Notes: generated by a model not told the origin, from the letters alone. DNA of 64,000 bases from an uncultured Planctomycetota bacterium (GCA_963845755.1 CAWJTV010000027.1:96001-160000), one strand, 5' to 3'; counted from the first letter of the stretch, positions 33,484 to 44,682 are shown. Made by a program: numbers and translations.

Positions 33484-34197
33484 GAGATATTTCCCTCCTG
33501 AAGGCAGCTCGATCCGGCCCTTCGGTAGTCATCGACGAGGCGCCGCGGAGTTCGGCCCGTCCGAGCGAACCGAACCGGACCCCGCCCCGGTGCGACGCGC
33601 GCACCATGGGGCGTCCTCATCAATTCTGTGTGAGGGCTCGGCCAAATTGTCAACGCGTCACTTCGACGATGGGGGAAGCCCGAACGAATCGGTGGCCATC
33701 GGGCTGATGGCAAACAAAGCAAGCAGTTAGGGGGGACGGACGAGGTGGTCTCCGCGGTCACGAGAACGCTCGGGACCGGTCTTCGCTTCGACACGAACTC
33801 CGGCCCGCCTCGTTCATTACAACCCCGACTTCCTCCCCCTGTCAAGCGAAGCGATGCGGGAACGCAACGGCCCGCGCCGGTTTCGCGACGATCGGAGAAC
33901 CCCCTCGGGCGGCCGGATCGCAACCTTTTCCTCCCCTCTTAATCATGAAACATTTCGCTGCCACCGGTCGTCAAAAAAAATGTTCCCCGGATTTCACCGA
34001 CCGGAGTTGCTCGATCACGATAGCCACCGGCGTGCCAAACCCTCCGAGAACCGGGGTCGATCGGCCGTTGCAGCTCGCTTCCAGCCCGGCGCCGCGCGTT
34101 CGGCAATCGGCATAAACGGCTTTCTTCGGCTCCCCGATCATTTTACAATTGTCTCAGATGTGAGGAAGGCGGTCGTCGGATCGTGAAAGGTTGAGGT

Positions 34198-35556
34198 ATG
34201 GCAACGAGTACGGGAGTCGAGTCCTCGAAACGAGGGCGACTGCGGCGCTGGCTCAGCGGCGTCCGGCCGCTGGCTGTCGGGATCATGGTCGGCCTTGCCC
34301 TGATCCTGGGCATTTCGGTCTGGCGGATCCGGACCCTGGGCGGGCTCCCGGATATCGGCGACCCGTTCGCCGTGGTCGAGGCGCTCCGGCCGGTCGAGAT
34401 CCCGGACGAGCAGAATGCTTATGCCGGGTACGCGACGGCTCACCCAGGCCCCGTTCGACTTCCCAAGGAGTTCCCCCGGGGCGACTTCAAGAACCTGACC
34501 TGGGCGAAGACCAACCCGACCGTCCGTACGTTCGTGGAACAGGAACGACCGGCTCTGGAGAACTGGCGCGTGGCGAGCGAGCGGCCGGACGCCCTCTATC
34601 ACGAACTGGGAACGATCGCGCCGGATACGCTCCTGGGCCTGGCCCAGGACATGAGGTACCTGGCGCACCTGGCCGGCGTGGAGGGGACACGCTTCGAGGA
34701 GGAAGGGGCCATGGACCAGGCGTGGATCTGGTATCGGGCCATGCTCCGGTTCAGCCGCCACGTGGGACGGCATGGGGGGTTGATAGAGCGACTCGTGGGA
34801 GCCGCGGTCCACGAACATGCCGCACACCGGATCCTGCACTGGTCCGCCGACCCACGCCTCGACGCCAAACAACTCCGTCACGCCCTGGACGAGACGCTCG
34901 CCGCCGATGCCCTGACCCCGCCGCTCTCCGACGCACTGAAGTACGAATACCTGATGTATCTCCGCGACCTGCGCGAGCTGCGCGTCATGGTCATGGATGT
35001 CCCCTTGCCCGGGGGAAAGAACGGCCTCCTGGAGAACATGACGTCTCGGATGGGAATCGAGGTCCCGGTCCGACGAATCTGGCTCCGCGCCAGCAATGAT
35101 TCGGAACGGAGCCGTCGGGCCATGCGGCTCCTGTTCGCCAACTGGCTGGCGCAGGTGGACCGGCCCGCCGCGCAACGGGCCCCGATCGCGATCAAGGAGC
35201 CGGTCATGATCTATGCGGCCGATCCGACCGCTCCGTTCACCGCCCGCGCCGTGGCTCCCGAGGTTCTGAACAAAGCGATCGATCACAATTCCTTGAGCCG
35301 GGCCATATTCCATTTTGATGAGCCCGTCATCGGGCAATACCGGTCCGAGGTCTGGGAGGGAAACGGCACGCTAGCCCGCGAGCGACGGCGGCGCTCGGCG
35401 CTGATCGTCCGGCTGGCTGCCGAGTTATACCGTCGCGAGCATAGTCGGTTTCCCCCGACCGCCGGTGTGCTCTTGGGCCCTTATCTCAGGGAATTGCCCG
35501 AGGGGATCGCGGCGAAGGACCCGATCCCGGCAGGTTTGGACTCAGAAAAACCGTAG
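34198..35556 (+). CDS. Membrane-anchored hypothetical protein, paralogue 1 of 3
   Basis: N-terminal TM helix, LPDIGDPF, NAY, WYRAMLRFSR and C-terminal LAAELYRRE...LLGPYLRELPEG. Confidence 0.85.
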   Translation: MATSTGVESSKRGRLRRWLSGVRPLAVGIMVGLALILGISVWRIRTLGGLPDIGDPFAVVEALRPVEIPDEQNAYAGYATAHPGPVRLPKEFPRGDFKNLTWAKTNPTVRTFVEQERPALENWRVASERPDALYHELGTIAPDTLLGLAQDMRYLAHLAGVEGTRFEEEGAMDQAWIWYRAMLRFSRHVGRHGGLIERLVGAAVHEHAAHRILHWSADPRLDAKQLRHALDETLAADALTPPLSDALKYEYLMYLRDLRELRVMVMDVPLPGGKNGLLENMTSRMGIEVPVRRIWLRASNDSERSRRAMRLLFANWLAQVDRPAAQRAPIAIKEPVMIYAADPTAPFTARAVAPEVLNKAIDHNSLSRAIFHFDEPVIGQYRSEVWEGNGTLARERRRRSALIVRLAAELYRREHSRFPPTAGVLLGPYLRELPEGIAAKDPIPAGLDSEKP

Positions 35557-35603
35557 AACCCGGCCCGAGTACTCGGCACAGGGACCGAGAGAGTGCGATC
35601 GCC

Positions 35604-36979
35604 ATGACATCGACGGCACAGCTCAGAGCGTGGGATGGGCCCAGGCGACTTCCGATGGCTTCGGAGTCGCCTGGCCCGACGGCTGGCTCTTGGCGTCTCC
35701 GTCGGATTCCTCGTTCTCATCTGCGTCGCGATCTGGCGAAAGTGGGGCGCGGACGACCTGCCGGATATTGGCGACCCGTTCGACGTCGCCGAGGCGCTGC
35801 GGCCGGTCAACCTCCCGGACGAACAGAACGCCTACGCCGTCTACGCAACGTCCTACCCGGGGCGCGTTGAGTTCCCTGCCAACTGGACTTTGACCACGGT
35901 CAACTTCAAGGGCATGACGTGGACGACGGCCGGCCAGGCCGTCCGCGCGTTTGTGGACGAGAAACGACCGGCCCTGGAGAAGTGGCGTGTGGCGTGCGAG
36001 CGGCCGGACGCCCTTTTTCTCCAGCCGGGGCAGCAAGCGAAGGGTCGGCCCATCCCGTTGCTGTGGCATGACATGTGGTTGCTGTCGGTGATGGCGGGTC
36101 TGGAAGGCTCGCGACTGGAGGACGAGGGCGCGATGGGCCAGGCGTGGGACTGGTATCGAGCCATGCTCCGGTTCAGCCGCCTCGGGGGTCGCCACGGGGG
36201 TATTCCAGGTGTCGGTGCGCAAGTGCACGAACAGGCCACAATCCGCATCCTCCACTGGGCGTCCGACCCCCGCGTCGATGCCACGCAACTCCGGAAGGCT
36301 CTCCAGGACACCCTGGCCGCCGATGCCCTGACTTCTCCCCTCTCCGAAGTATTAAAGTGCTCATATCTGTATTTCGTCAACCCGGACTTCATGCGGTTCC
36401 TGCGGGACTTCGGACGCCCCGTACCCCCTTTGCCGGGAGGGGAACACGGGCCGCTGGACCAGATGGCCTCTCTGGTCGGAGTGAGGGTGCCGGCGCGAGT
36501 GGCCTGGCTCCGCGCCGGCAACGACGTGGAGCAAGCTCACCGCGCCCTCAAACTGCTGTTCGCCAACTGGCTGGCGCAGGTGGACCGGCCCGCCGCGCAA
36601 CGGGCCCCTGCCGCGATCAAGGACCCGGTCTGGATCTACGCCGACGATCCGCCCGCTCCGCCCGCCGCGCACGGTGGCTCCCGATCGCCTGGCGAAGGCG
36701 ATCGAACACAATCCCTTTGCCAGGACGCTCTTCTTTCTGGATCGCCCTCCGGGTTCCAGGCCTCTCGAGCCGGTCTGGGAGGAGAATGGCGAGCTCGACC
36801 GCGAGCGGCGGCGGCGCCCGGTGCTGATCGTCCGCCTGGCCGCCGAGCTCTACCGCCGCGAGCAGGGCGCGGCCCCGGTAACGGCCGGTGCCTTGCTCGG
36901 TTCTTATCTCAAGGAACTGCCCGAGGGGATCGGGGCAAGTGACCCGATCCCGGCAGGGTTGGAGTTCGAAAAGCGGTAG
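35604..36979 (+). CDS. Membrane-anchored hypothetical protein, paralogue 2 of 3 (frameshifts near 35648 and 36670)
   Basis: Collinear with paralogues 1 and 3 when ORFs 35604, 35635 and 36674 are joined. Confidence 0.8.
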
Positions 36980-37005
36980 AGTCCGGCTCGGGGTTTGTTC
37001 CATAA

Positions 37006-37914
37006 GAGCGCTCGGAAAAAATGAATCCACTGGCACGCTGTCTGCTCTTGAGTCCTTCGGAGAGTGATCTCCCGAACCGAAGGAGGACCACCATGAAACC
37101 CCTTGTCTCCGATGCGCTGTGGAAGCGCCTGGAGCCCTTGCTGCCACCCCCGCCTCCGCGCCGCTTCCGCTTCCCGGGACGCAAACCCCTGGACTACCGC
37201 AAGATCCTCACCGGCATCTTGTTCGTGCTCAAGACCGGCATCGCCTGGGACGACTTGCCCGCCGACCTCGGCTGCGGCTGCGGCAAGACCTGCCGGTCCT
37301 ACCTGCAGGCGTGGCAGCAGGCCGGTGTCTGGCGCCAGTTGCACGCCGTCTTGCTGGCCGAGCTGAACGGCGCTGACGCGATCGACTGGGAGCGGGCGCT
37401 GATCGACGCCTCCTTCGCCAAGGCCCCGGAAGGGGGCGAGGATACCGGCCCGAATCCGACGGACCGGAGCAAATCCGGCAGCAAGCACCACGTGATGACC
37501 GACGCCCAAGGCGTGCCGCTGGCGGCGACGGTGACCGCCGCCAACGTCCCCGAGATCACCCAGGTCTTCACGACGCTCGACGACATGCCGCCGGTGGGCG
37601 GCAAGCCGGGGCCGAAGCGGCAGAAGCCCGACCGCTTGCAGGGGGATCGGGGCTACGACTCGGAACCGGTGCGGCAGGGTTTGCGCGGCCGGGGGACCAC
37701 GCCGGTGCTGGCGGCCCGCAATACGGAGCACGGCAGCGGTTTGGGCAAGTCCCGCTGGTACGTAGAGCGGACCATCGCGTGGCTGCACTCCTTCGGCCGG
37801 CTGCGCCGCCGTTTGGATCGGCTCACCGAGATTCAAGACGCGTTCCTCAAGTTAGCATGTTCCTTGATCTGTTTGAGGCTCCTGGGCCAGTGAACTCATT
37901 TTTTCCGAGCGCTC
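37006..37914 (+). mobile_element. IS5-family insertion sequence, 909 bp, TAA target duplication
   Basis: Terminal IR GAGCGCTCGGAAAAAATGA (37006-37024 and 37896-37914; 19 bp perfect, extendable with 2 mismatches). TAA flanks at 37003-37005 and 37915-37917. Confidence 0.93.
37093..37893 (+). CDS. IS5-family DDE transposase
   Basis: SDALWKRLEPLLP, GILFVLKTGIAW, IDAS, GDRGYD and RWYVERTIAWL motifs; AGGAGG RBS. Confidence 0.95.
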   Translation: MKPLVSDALWKRLEPLLPPPPPRRFRFPGRKPLDYRKILTGILFVLKTGIAWDDLPADLGCGCGKTCRSYLQAWQQAGVWRQLHAVLLAELNGADAIDWERALIDASFAKAPEGGEDTGPNPTDRSKSGSKHHVMTDAQGVPLAATVTAANVPEITQVFTTLDDMPPVGGKPGPKRQKPDRLQGDRGYDSEPVRQGLRGRGTTPVLAARNTEHGSGLGKSRWYVERTIAWLHSFGRLRRRLDRLTEIQDAFLKLACSLICLRLLGQ

Positions 37915-37931
37915 TAAGGACCGGAAGCCGA

Positions 37932-38002
37932 GGTTGTAGGGTGGGTGAAACCCACCGAATGCCGGAAAACTTACGTCGGTGGGTTTCACCCACCCTACAA
38001 CC
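37932..38002. repeat. GTAG-type REP doublet (27-bp perfect inverted repeat)
   Basis: GGTTGTAGGGTGGGTGAAACCCACCGA and its exact reverse complement at 37976-38002; each arm has GTAG followed by an internal palindrome. Confidence 0.85.
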
Positions 38003-38025
38003 GGGACCACGGGAGTGCGATTGCC

Positions 38026-39366
38026 ATGTCAATGACGGCACAGCCCCGGCGCTTCCGATGGCTCCGCAGTCGTCTGGGGCGACGGCTGGCCATGGGGATC
38101 TCGTTTGGACTGATCGCTTTCGTCGGCGTCGCGGTCTGGCGGATGTGGAGCACGGACGACCTGCCCGATATCGGCGACCCGTTCGACGTGGCCGAGGCAC
38201 TCCGGCGGGTCAACCTGCCGGACGATCAGAACGCCTACGCTGTTTACGCGACCATCCCTTCGAGCCGATCATCACCCTGGAAAGTCTTCCCCAATGTCGA
38301 TTTTAGCACCTTGACCTGGTCGGTCGCCAAGTCGGAGATCCGAGCATTCGTGGAACAACAACGACCGTCGCTGGAGAAGTGGCGAGAGGGGAGCGATCGT
38401 CCGGATGCCCTTTATCAACAACCGGAAGAGACCGCGGGGAATCAGGCGGTACCGACGCTGACGCAGGACATGCGGGATCTGGCCATCTTGGGAGCGCTGG
38501 AAGGATCGCGCCTGGAGGAGGCGGGAGCAATGAGCCAGGCGTGGGACTGGTATCGGGCCATGCTCCGGTTCAGCCGGCTGGTGGGCCGCCATGGGGGTTC
38601 GCGCTACCTTGGTGCGCGGCTACACGAGCCAGCCACGGGCCGCATCCTCCACTGGGCGGCCGACCCGCGCGTCGATGCCAGCCAGCTCCGCAAAGCCCTC
38701 GACGACACCCTGGCCGCCGATGCGCTGACGCCGCCGTTCTCCGAAGCGATCAAGCTCGAGTATCTGGGCCTCAGCGGTTCGGATGGCCCGCGAGTCCTGC
38801 GGGATTTTGGTATCCCGTTGCCCCCCCTGCCGGGGGGCGAAAACGGGCCTATGCAACAGATGGCCAGTTTGGTTGGGGCAGGCGGCTCGGCGCGAGTTTC
38901 CTGGCTCCTCGCCAACAACAACGTTGAACGGAGCCGCCCCGCCATCCGGCTGTTGTACGCCAACTGGCTGGCCCAGATCGACCGTCCCGCCTCGAAACGA
39001 GCCCCGGTCGCCATTGAGGATCCGGTCTTGATCTATGCAGCCGATCCGATCGCCCCGCCCGCCGCTCGCACCGTGGTTCCCGAGCTTCTGGCCAAGGCGA
39101 TCCAACGCAATGCCTACGCCCGGGCCATCCTCTACGTCGATCACGCCCACCACCACCCGTTTCGCCCACCACAGTGGGAGGGGAATGGTCTGCTGGCCCG
39201 CGAGCGACGGCGGCGATCGGCGCTGATCGTTCGCCTCGCCGCCGAGTTATACCGCCGCGAGCAGGGCGCCGCCCCAGCCACGGCCGGGGCTTTGCTCGGT
39301 CGTTATCTCAAGGAACTGCCCGAGGGGCTCGCGCCGGGCGACCCGATCCCGACGGGCATCGAGTAG
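38026..39366 (+). CDS. Membrane-anchored hypothetical protein, paralogue 3 of 3
   Basis: Same motifs as paralogues 1 and 2; its upstream leader gggacc...gagtgcgatYgccATG is shared with paralogue 2. Confidence 0.85.
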   Translation: MSMTAQPRRFRWLRSRLGRRLAMGISFGLIAFVGVAVWRMWSTDDLPDIGDPFDVAEALRRVNLPDDQNAYAVYATIPSSRSSPWKVFPNVDFSTLTWSVAKSEIRAFVEQQRPSLEKWREGSDRPDALYQQPEETAGNQAVPTLTQDMRDLAILGALEGSRLEEAGAMSQAWDWYRAMLRFSRLVGRHGGSRYLGARLHEPATGRILHWAADPRVDASQLRKALDDTLAADALTPPFSEAIKLEYLGLSGSDGPRVLRDFGIPLPPLPGGENGPMQQMASLVGAGGSARVSWLLANNNVERSRPAIRLLYANWLAQIDRPASKRAPVAIEDPVLIYAADPIAPPAARTVVPELLAKAIQRNAYARAILYVDHAHHHPFRPPQWEGNGLLARERRRRSALIVRLAAELYRREQGAAPATAGALLGRYLKELPEGLAPGDPIPTGIE

Positions 39367-39367
39367 G

Positions 39368-40822
39368 TCAGGCTCTCCAGCCCGACGCGAATGGCGGGTC
39401 GCCGGTCACGAGGCCGGTGCCGCGACCGTCGGCAGGGCCTCCTGGTGCGCAGGATTCCCGATGGGGTTCGTCGTTTGAGTGGGCCCGCCGCGCAGGGGGA
39501 GCGGCCATCGTGGCGGTCGGCAGAGAGCGTCCGGCCAGCTCGATGAGCGCGGCCAGCGTCCAGAGCCCGACCGGCAGCGTCGCGAAGTGGGCGTACGCGT
39601 CGGCCGCACCGAGGACCCAAGTCTGCACCGGCAGGAGCAGTACGATGGCATAAGCGGCCGCCGACAGCGCCGTCGCGGCGACGGCCGCCATGGCCAGCGC
39701 GACGACCACATGGCCGCCGTCGTCGGCGAGGAACCGCCAGTAGCCCGCGAGCGCCTCGCCGATCCGGCCGCGGGACCATGCGACGACCCCCACCAGTCCG
39801 ACGGCGACCAGCGCCACCGCCTGGAGGTCGGCCAGTCCCCAGCCGAGCTGCCAGCGGATGTAGTCGCCCAGCGCCGTCGAGTAGACCGAAGTCGGCAGAT
39901 GGGCCTGGGCCAGGAAGACGAATGTGGCCATGTAGCGGGCCGGCAACGCCAGGGCGCACGCCAGGGCCGTGCCCGGCAACAGGGCGATCGCCTGAAAAGG
40001 ATCGAGCCGGTCCTCACCCCCCGAGTCGAGTCCGGCATTGCGCAGCTCGGCCAGCAGCCAGCCGAGCAGGAGGCCGTCGACGACCAGCATCGACATCGGG
40101 ATCAAGACCGCCTCGACGATCAGGCAGCCCCCCATCGGCAGCGCCACGTAGCCCGCCGCCCGCGAGACGATCCGGTAGAGGATGTACAACGCGCCGATCC
40201 CCCAGACCAGCGTTGTCCAGCCCGGCCGCGGACGCACCCGCCGACCCACCAACTCGCCCGAACCTCCCGATTTCTGGGGGTCGATCAACGCGCGGAAGAC
40301 CACGATGGCGGCCACGATCAACAGCGGGAGGTTGTCTCCCAGGCCCGCCACGTCGCGCAGCGGGGTCAAGCCGGCCAGGATCCCCTGTTCCAGCGCCAGC
40401 TCTCCGTGTCGGCGCGACCTGGTCAGCAGCATCAAGTCGATCTTGCCGCTGTCATAGGAGTAGACCGCCGTCTCGGCGGTCGTCCAGGAGACGACCGTGA
40501 ACGCGATCGCCGCCGCGATCGTCCGGTTCGACCGCCACACGCGTCGCGTCGCGGCCCGCGCCAGCCGGAAGTGGCCGGGCATGTCGAAGAATTGCCGCAG
40601 CGCCTTGAGCGGTCCCTGGGCCATCATCGCCACGATCAACAGGATCGTCAGCCCCGCCAGGAGGGACCAGAGCCCTCGGAAACCGGGCGCCGACTCGGGT
40701 GAGGAGAGCGTCAGCCCCGCACACCATCGTCGCAAGGCCAGTGCCAGCGGAGTCACTGAACTGGGATTCGTGCCGCCCGGCTGGGCCTGGGCCCAGACCA
40801 GCAGCCGCATCATCAGATCCAT
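39368..40822 (-). CDS. Multi-pass membrane protein of unknown function
   Basis: 484 aa with about 9-10 hydrophobic segments. Confidence 0.8.
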   Translation of the reverse strand: MDLMMRLLVWAQAQPGGTNPSSVTPLALALRRWCAGLTLSSPESAPGFRGLWSLLAGLTILLIVAMMAQGPLKALRQFFDMPGHFRLARAATRRVWRSNRTIAAAIAFTVVSWTTAETAVYSYDSGKIDLMLLTRSRRHGELALEQGILAGLTPLRDVAGLGDNLPLLIVAAIVVFRALIDPQKSGGSGELVGRRVRPRPGWTTLVWGIGALYILYRIVSRAAGYVALPMGGCLIVEAVLIPMSMLVVDGLLLGWLLAELRNAGLDSGGEDRLDPFQAIALLPGTALACALALPARYMATFVFLAQAHLPTSVYSTALGDYIRWQLGWGLADLQAVALVAVGLVGVVAWSRGRIGEALAGYWRFLADDGGHVVVALAMAAVAATALSAAAYAIVLLLPVQTWVLGAADAYAHFATLPVGLWTLAALIELAGRSLPTATMAAPPARRAHSNDEPHRESCAPGGPADGRGTGLVTGDPPFASGWRA

Positions 40823-41105
40823 CGCCGCCGCGCCCCCTCATCCGAATTGGGTCGATATCCGTCACCAGGCGGAAGCTCGTCGAACCGGACCCATTCCCCG
40901 TCCCGTGCGGGAGGTCGATGTGCCCGCGCTCGTTTCGAGCGACGAGACTTGCTTTCCGAAACGTATGACGATTGTACTCGGCCCGCGAGATGAAGGCCAG
41001 CTATCTGAACAAACGATTCGCGACTTCTCGCCGAGCATTCACGCTTCGAGAGGGCCTGCCTCCATGACCACGGGCCCACCACGCCCGCGGTCACCAGGGT
41101 GGTCT

Positions 41106-42218
41106 TCACCGAGGAGTCTCAACAGCCCGGGACTCCGGCGTCTTCCCGGCCAGAGCGAAGGTGCGGATCCGGCCGGCTCGGTCCAGGGCGACGACGTGAC
41201 TCCCATCGGCCGAGACCAGCAGAGGGGTCTTCTCGAGTCCCTCGCCGAGGATGCGCGATCCGCGATGGCCTGATTGGACGCGCGGCCGGCCGGTACCCGG
41301 CTCGAACCCGAGCCTGGCGGAATGCAACCGGAAGGCATTCTCATCGTCGCGTCGACTCAGGTAGACCAGGTGAATCTCCCCCTCCGGGTTGTAGGCGACG
41401 TTCGGGTAGCGTTCGGAACGCTTGGCACCGCGGTCGTCGTCGGTGGTCGGGCTGGACAATGGCCCGGCCGACAGGATCGTATCGGCCGCGTCGTTCATCT
41501 CGAGCCACCAGAGTCGGGACGGCTGGAAGACCGAGCCCGGCGTCGGGCTCGGTCGTAGGCTCAAGGACACGATGACAAACCGACGAAGCCTCGGCTCCGC
41601 GGACCAGACGGGCTCGGCCAGGAAGACTTCGCCCAGTCCTGGGGTCTTGACTTGCCAGGTCACGGGGACGGTGGACCGCGCGCGCACAAAGTCTTCCGTC
41701 GTGGGACCCGCCCCGGATTCGTCGCCTGGCGTGGGGAGCCGGCAGCAGTGCAGCCGTCCATCTCCGGCCGGAAACAGCAAGCTCAACGGCTGGCCAGGAA
41801 TCCAGCAGGCGCGTCCTGTCGGGAGGATTTCCGTCACGACGCGGCTGAGCACGGCGGAGTCGGAGACTCGGAACATCCCCAGGCCGCAGAACGGCCCATC
41901 GTCCCGGTTCACCCATCGCCCCACGGCCACCAGGTCCCCACTCGGGTCGCGCAAGGGAGACACGCTCACGATGCTCCACTGATCCCCTTCCGGCAGCCGC
42001 AAGGGCGTGCGGTCCCCGGACGACTGGTCGATCAGGTCATACCGTTTCGAGTTTGGGAAGTCGTGAGGCAGCGCATCGTGCCGCGAGGGCTCGACCAGGA
42101 TTGAGGTCCACTTCGGGTGCGCAGGTGATCCGCCACCCATCGCCCCGATCCCGAGCGCCACGAGCGTCCACCCCATGACGAGAGCGGCCAGCGAACGTAC
42201 CAGGTTCATCAAGCTCAT
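41106..42218 (-). CDS. Exported hypothetical protein, probable beta-propeller
   Basis: Hydrophobic N-terminus, then VSP, EPVWS, RYPNV and LVSADG blade-like motifs. The start is uncertain. Confidence 0.65.
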   Translation of the reverse strand: MSLMNLVRSLAALVMGWTLVALGIGAMGGGSPAHPKWTSILVEPSRHDALPHDFPNSKRYDLIDQSSGDRTPLRLPEGDQWSIVSVSPLRDPSGDLVAVGRWVNRDDGPFCGLGMFRVSDSAVLSRVVTEILPTGRACWIPGQPLSLLFPAGDGRLHCCRLPTPGDESGAGPTTEDFVRARSTVPVTWQVKTPGLGEVFLAEPVWSAEPRLRRFVIVSLSLRPSPTPGSVFQPSRLWWLEMNDAADTILSAGPLSSPTTDDDRGAKRSERYPNVAYNPEGEIHLVYLSRRDDENAFRLHSARLGFEPGTGRPRVQSGHRGSRILGEGLEKTPLLVSADGSHVVALDRAGRIRTFALAGKTPESRAVETPR

Positions 42219-43238
42219 CAGCAAGGTGTCCTTCACGAGGAGACCGCCCGCCGAGGCAACCCCATCTGGAGCTCGATCGCTCACGGCGGTACTGCGATCC
42301 CGTTCCGCGCGCCACGCCCACCATCTTCAGCCGGGCAAGGCCGGCTTCCTGTGGCGGTCGTTGCGGTGCCGGTGCCCGAGGGGACGTCCCGACGATCGGC
42401 GGCTCAACGGAGAGTTGCGCCAACGGCGAACATCCTGCCGGCCGGTGAGAGGGAATGCCGGCTGCTCCCGCGACAGCAGGGACGGGAGTCTTCCCAGGGT
42501 CGGAGATCGGGTCTCGATTTCCGTCGGCCAGCCCTGAACCCAACGAAGGGCCCGGACCATGCCAGGAGTCAAGGTGGGAAAGGCACGGGCGGACCAGTAC
42601 GGGTAAACCGCACGGGCGGCCCATATCAAGACGATCGGTTCAGGAACGCAAGTCCCGGGCCAGTTCGCTCGATCCGACGCACAACGGCCGACAGGGTGAT
42701 CGCCGGCCGGCTCAATTCCGCGAACCTAAAGCGAGATTGTACCACGGTTTCCCGAGTATTCTGCGGCAGCCTCGATCCGGACCTCAGAGGATGGAAGAAA
42801 ACCATTCAAAACGACAAAATCCCGAGTAAGAAACGGCGTAAGTTATTTCAAAATAGAGATTTACGTTCATTGAATTCTGAATCCGAAATCTTCGATCCCT
42901 TTTTTTTCACATCGTCTCGACGGCATCGATCTGGTGTCCTGGTCTTGTGCGACCCCCGGGCAGGCTGCCGAGAAAGCCGGCAACGCTCCGCGTGCCCGTC
43001 AGGAATGACTCCCCGGGGCCGGCGTGCCGTTATACCCTCTCCCAGACTCGCGCGACAGATGCAGGAACTGGTCCGGAGGTTTACCGCTCATACGGCCGGC
43101 GAGGACGGGGTGCGCCGGTAACTGCGACGGTTACTCCGTCCGCCGTATCGGTATGAGAAGACCGGAGGCGATTTGATTGACGAATCGCCGGAACTCGGCA
43201 ATCGACGGGACGGAGGCTCATAATAAATATTTATTTAT

Positions 43239-44258
43239 TCAAATCTCAAATACATGCTTGGCGTTGTTCCGGAAGACCTCGGCGTGATGCTCCCTCGGGA
43301 TGAGAGACTCGATGAGCCGTCGATAGGAACCCAGCGGAGCCAGCGGCCAGTCGCTGCCGTAGAGGAATTTCTTGTAGTCACCGACATATCCGATCGCTTT
43401 CTTCAAGTCGGAAAACGCGAGACCGGGAGCCGAGTCGGGTACCTTCGCCGCGTCCAGCAGACCCTGGATCTCCTGGTCGCTTCCGACGAATAGACCCGAG
43501 AGATCGGCCCAGACGTTGGGGTTCTTGAAGACGACTTCGGCTGCGTCCATCAACCAGGGGTTGCCGAGGTGGGCCAGGACGAATCGGACCTCGGGATGAT
43601 CGACGGCGACTTCATCCATTCTCAAGGGATGAGCATACTTTAACTTTGCTGTCGTTGACCAGTTGTCGCCGGTGTGCACGATAACGGGCAGATGGTACTT
43701 TGCGGCGAGCGTGTAGTACGGGACGTAATTCGGGTCTTCGGGGCCGTAGTGCAGGTAGCCGAGGTACGCCTTGAGGGCGACGATCTTCTCGCGATGACGA
43801 TTGATCTGTGCCTCGACGGCCCTCAGATGGTCGGGCTCGGTGTGCCTCGGGTCGGCGACGCCGATTGCCTTCAGCCCCGGTATGGACTGGGCGAGCGCGA
43901 GGGTGCCGGCAATCCCCAACGGGTCTCCTTTCATGCCGCCCAGGGACCCCATCCCGAAGGCGATCACGATCTCCGCCTTCTCCATCTCACGCTTGAGACG
44001 GTCCGCCATCGCTGCGGGCGGCCCCTTGTAGAGTTCCTCGACATCCGCCGGAATGGGCTTGATCCCGGGGACACCCGCAGGAACAACGTGAATGTGTGTG
44101 TCGATCCCCGGATTGTCCGAGGGAGGCACTTTCGAAACCGAGGAAGGGCTGGTCAATTCCTGAATACCACCAAGAGCGCCGACCAACGCTGTTCCGCCCG
44201 AGAGCCGGAAAACTGCCCGACGGGTCGGTCCGGTTCTTGACTGTGTGTCACGACTCAT
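43239..44258 (-). CDS. Amidohydrolase_2 family metal-dependent hydrolase with Tat-like signal
   Basis: TRRAVF leader, IDTHIH, PVIVHTG, FVLAHLGNPW and LYGSDWP motifs; GGAGG RBS. Confidence 0.9.
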   Translation of the reverse strand: MSRDTQSRTGPTRRAVFRLSGGTALVGALGGIQELTSPSSVSKVPPSDNPGIDTHIHVVPAGVPGIKPIPADVEELYKGPPAAMADRLKREMEKAEIVIAFGMGSLGGMKGDPLGIAGTLALAQSIPGLKAIGVADPRHTEPDHLRAVEAQINRHREKIVALKAYLGYLHYGPEDPNYVPYYTLAAKYHLPVIVHTGDNWSTTAKLKYAHPLRMDEVAVDHPEVRFVLAHLGNPWLMDAAEVVFKNPNVWADLSGLFVGSDQEIQGLLDAAKVPDSAPGLAFSDLKKAIGYVGDYKKFLYGSDWPLAPLGSYRRLIESLIPREHHAEVFRNNAKHVFEI

Positions 44259-44529
44259 GCCACGGCCTCCCCCGTAATCTTGTGAATGGATCGCGAGACC
44301 CCGTTCGATTCTACACCAGAATCCGTGGCATACACTCTCACCCCAACCCAGCCGAGACCGTGGCGGTCGATCAATGCGGAGACGTCGGGATCCCGAGCGG
44401 GGATTCTCCGGGGAACCGGGTCTTGCGAAGGATGGCTCAAGGCGATCGATCACATCAACTGAACACGATGCGATTTCTGCCTACTTTTTGTTGCGATCAT
44501 TTCCGGAAGGCGGCAACGTGTTCGTGTGC

Positions 44530-44559
44530 TTGAATCGAGCGTTCAGGTCTTACTAGAAT
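44530..44559 (+). promoter_or_regulatory. Putative sigma70 promoter for moxR
   Basis: TTGAAT-N18-TAGAAT, about 125 bp before the ATG. Confidence 0.4.
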
Positions 44560-44682
44560 AAGGCTGCCGTCCTGGCCGCTCCGTCACCCTTCGCTGGTGC
44601 GCGGCGCGGCCCGTCGGATTGCAAGCGGGGGCGTTCCCCGTGTCATCGCTCCCACACGCCCGAAGAGAGGTCAGAGTACCGC

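Noticed and set aside
43222..43238. AT-rich palindrome AATAAATATTTATT (similar AT patch at about 11670-11710)
   Set aside because: It is short and sits at a gene end, with no support for a dif/att or operator role.
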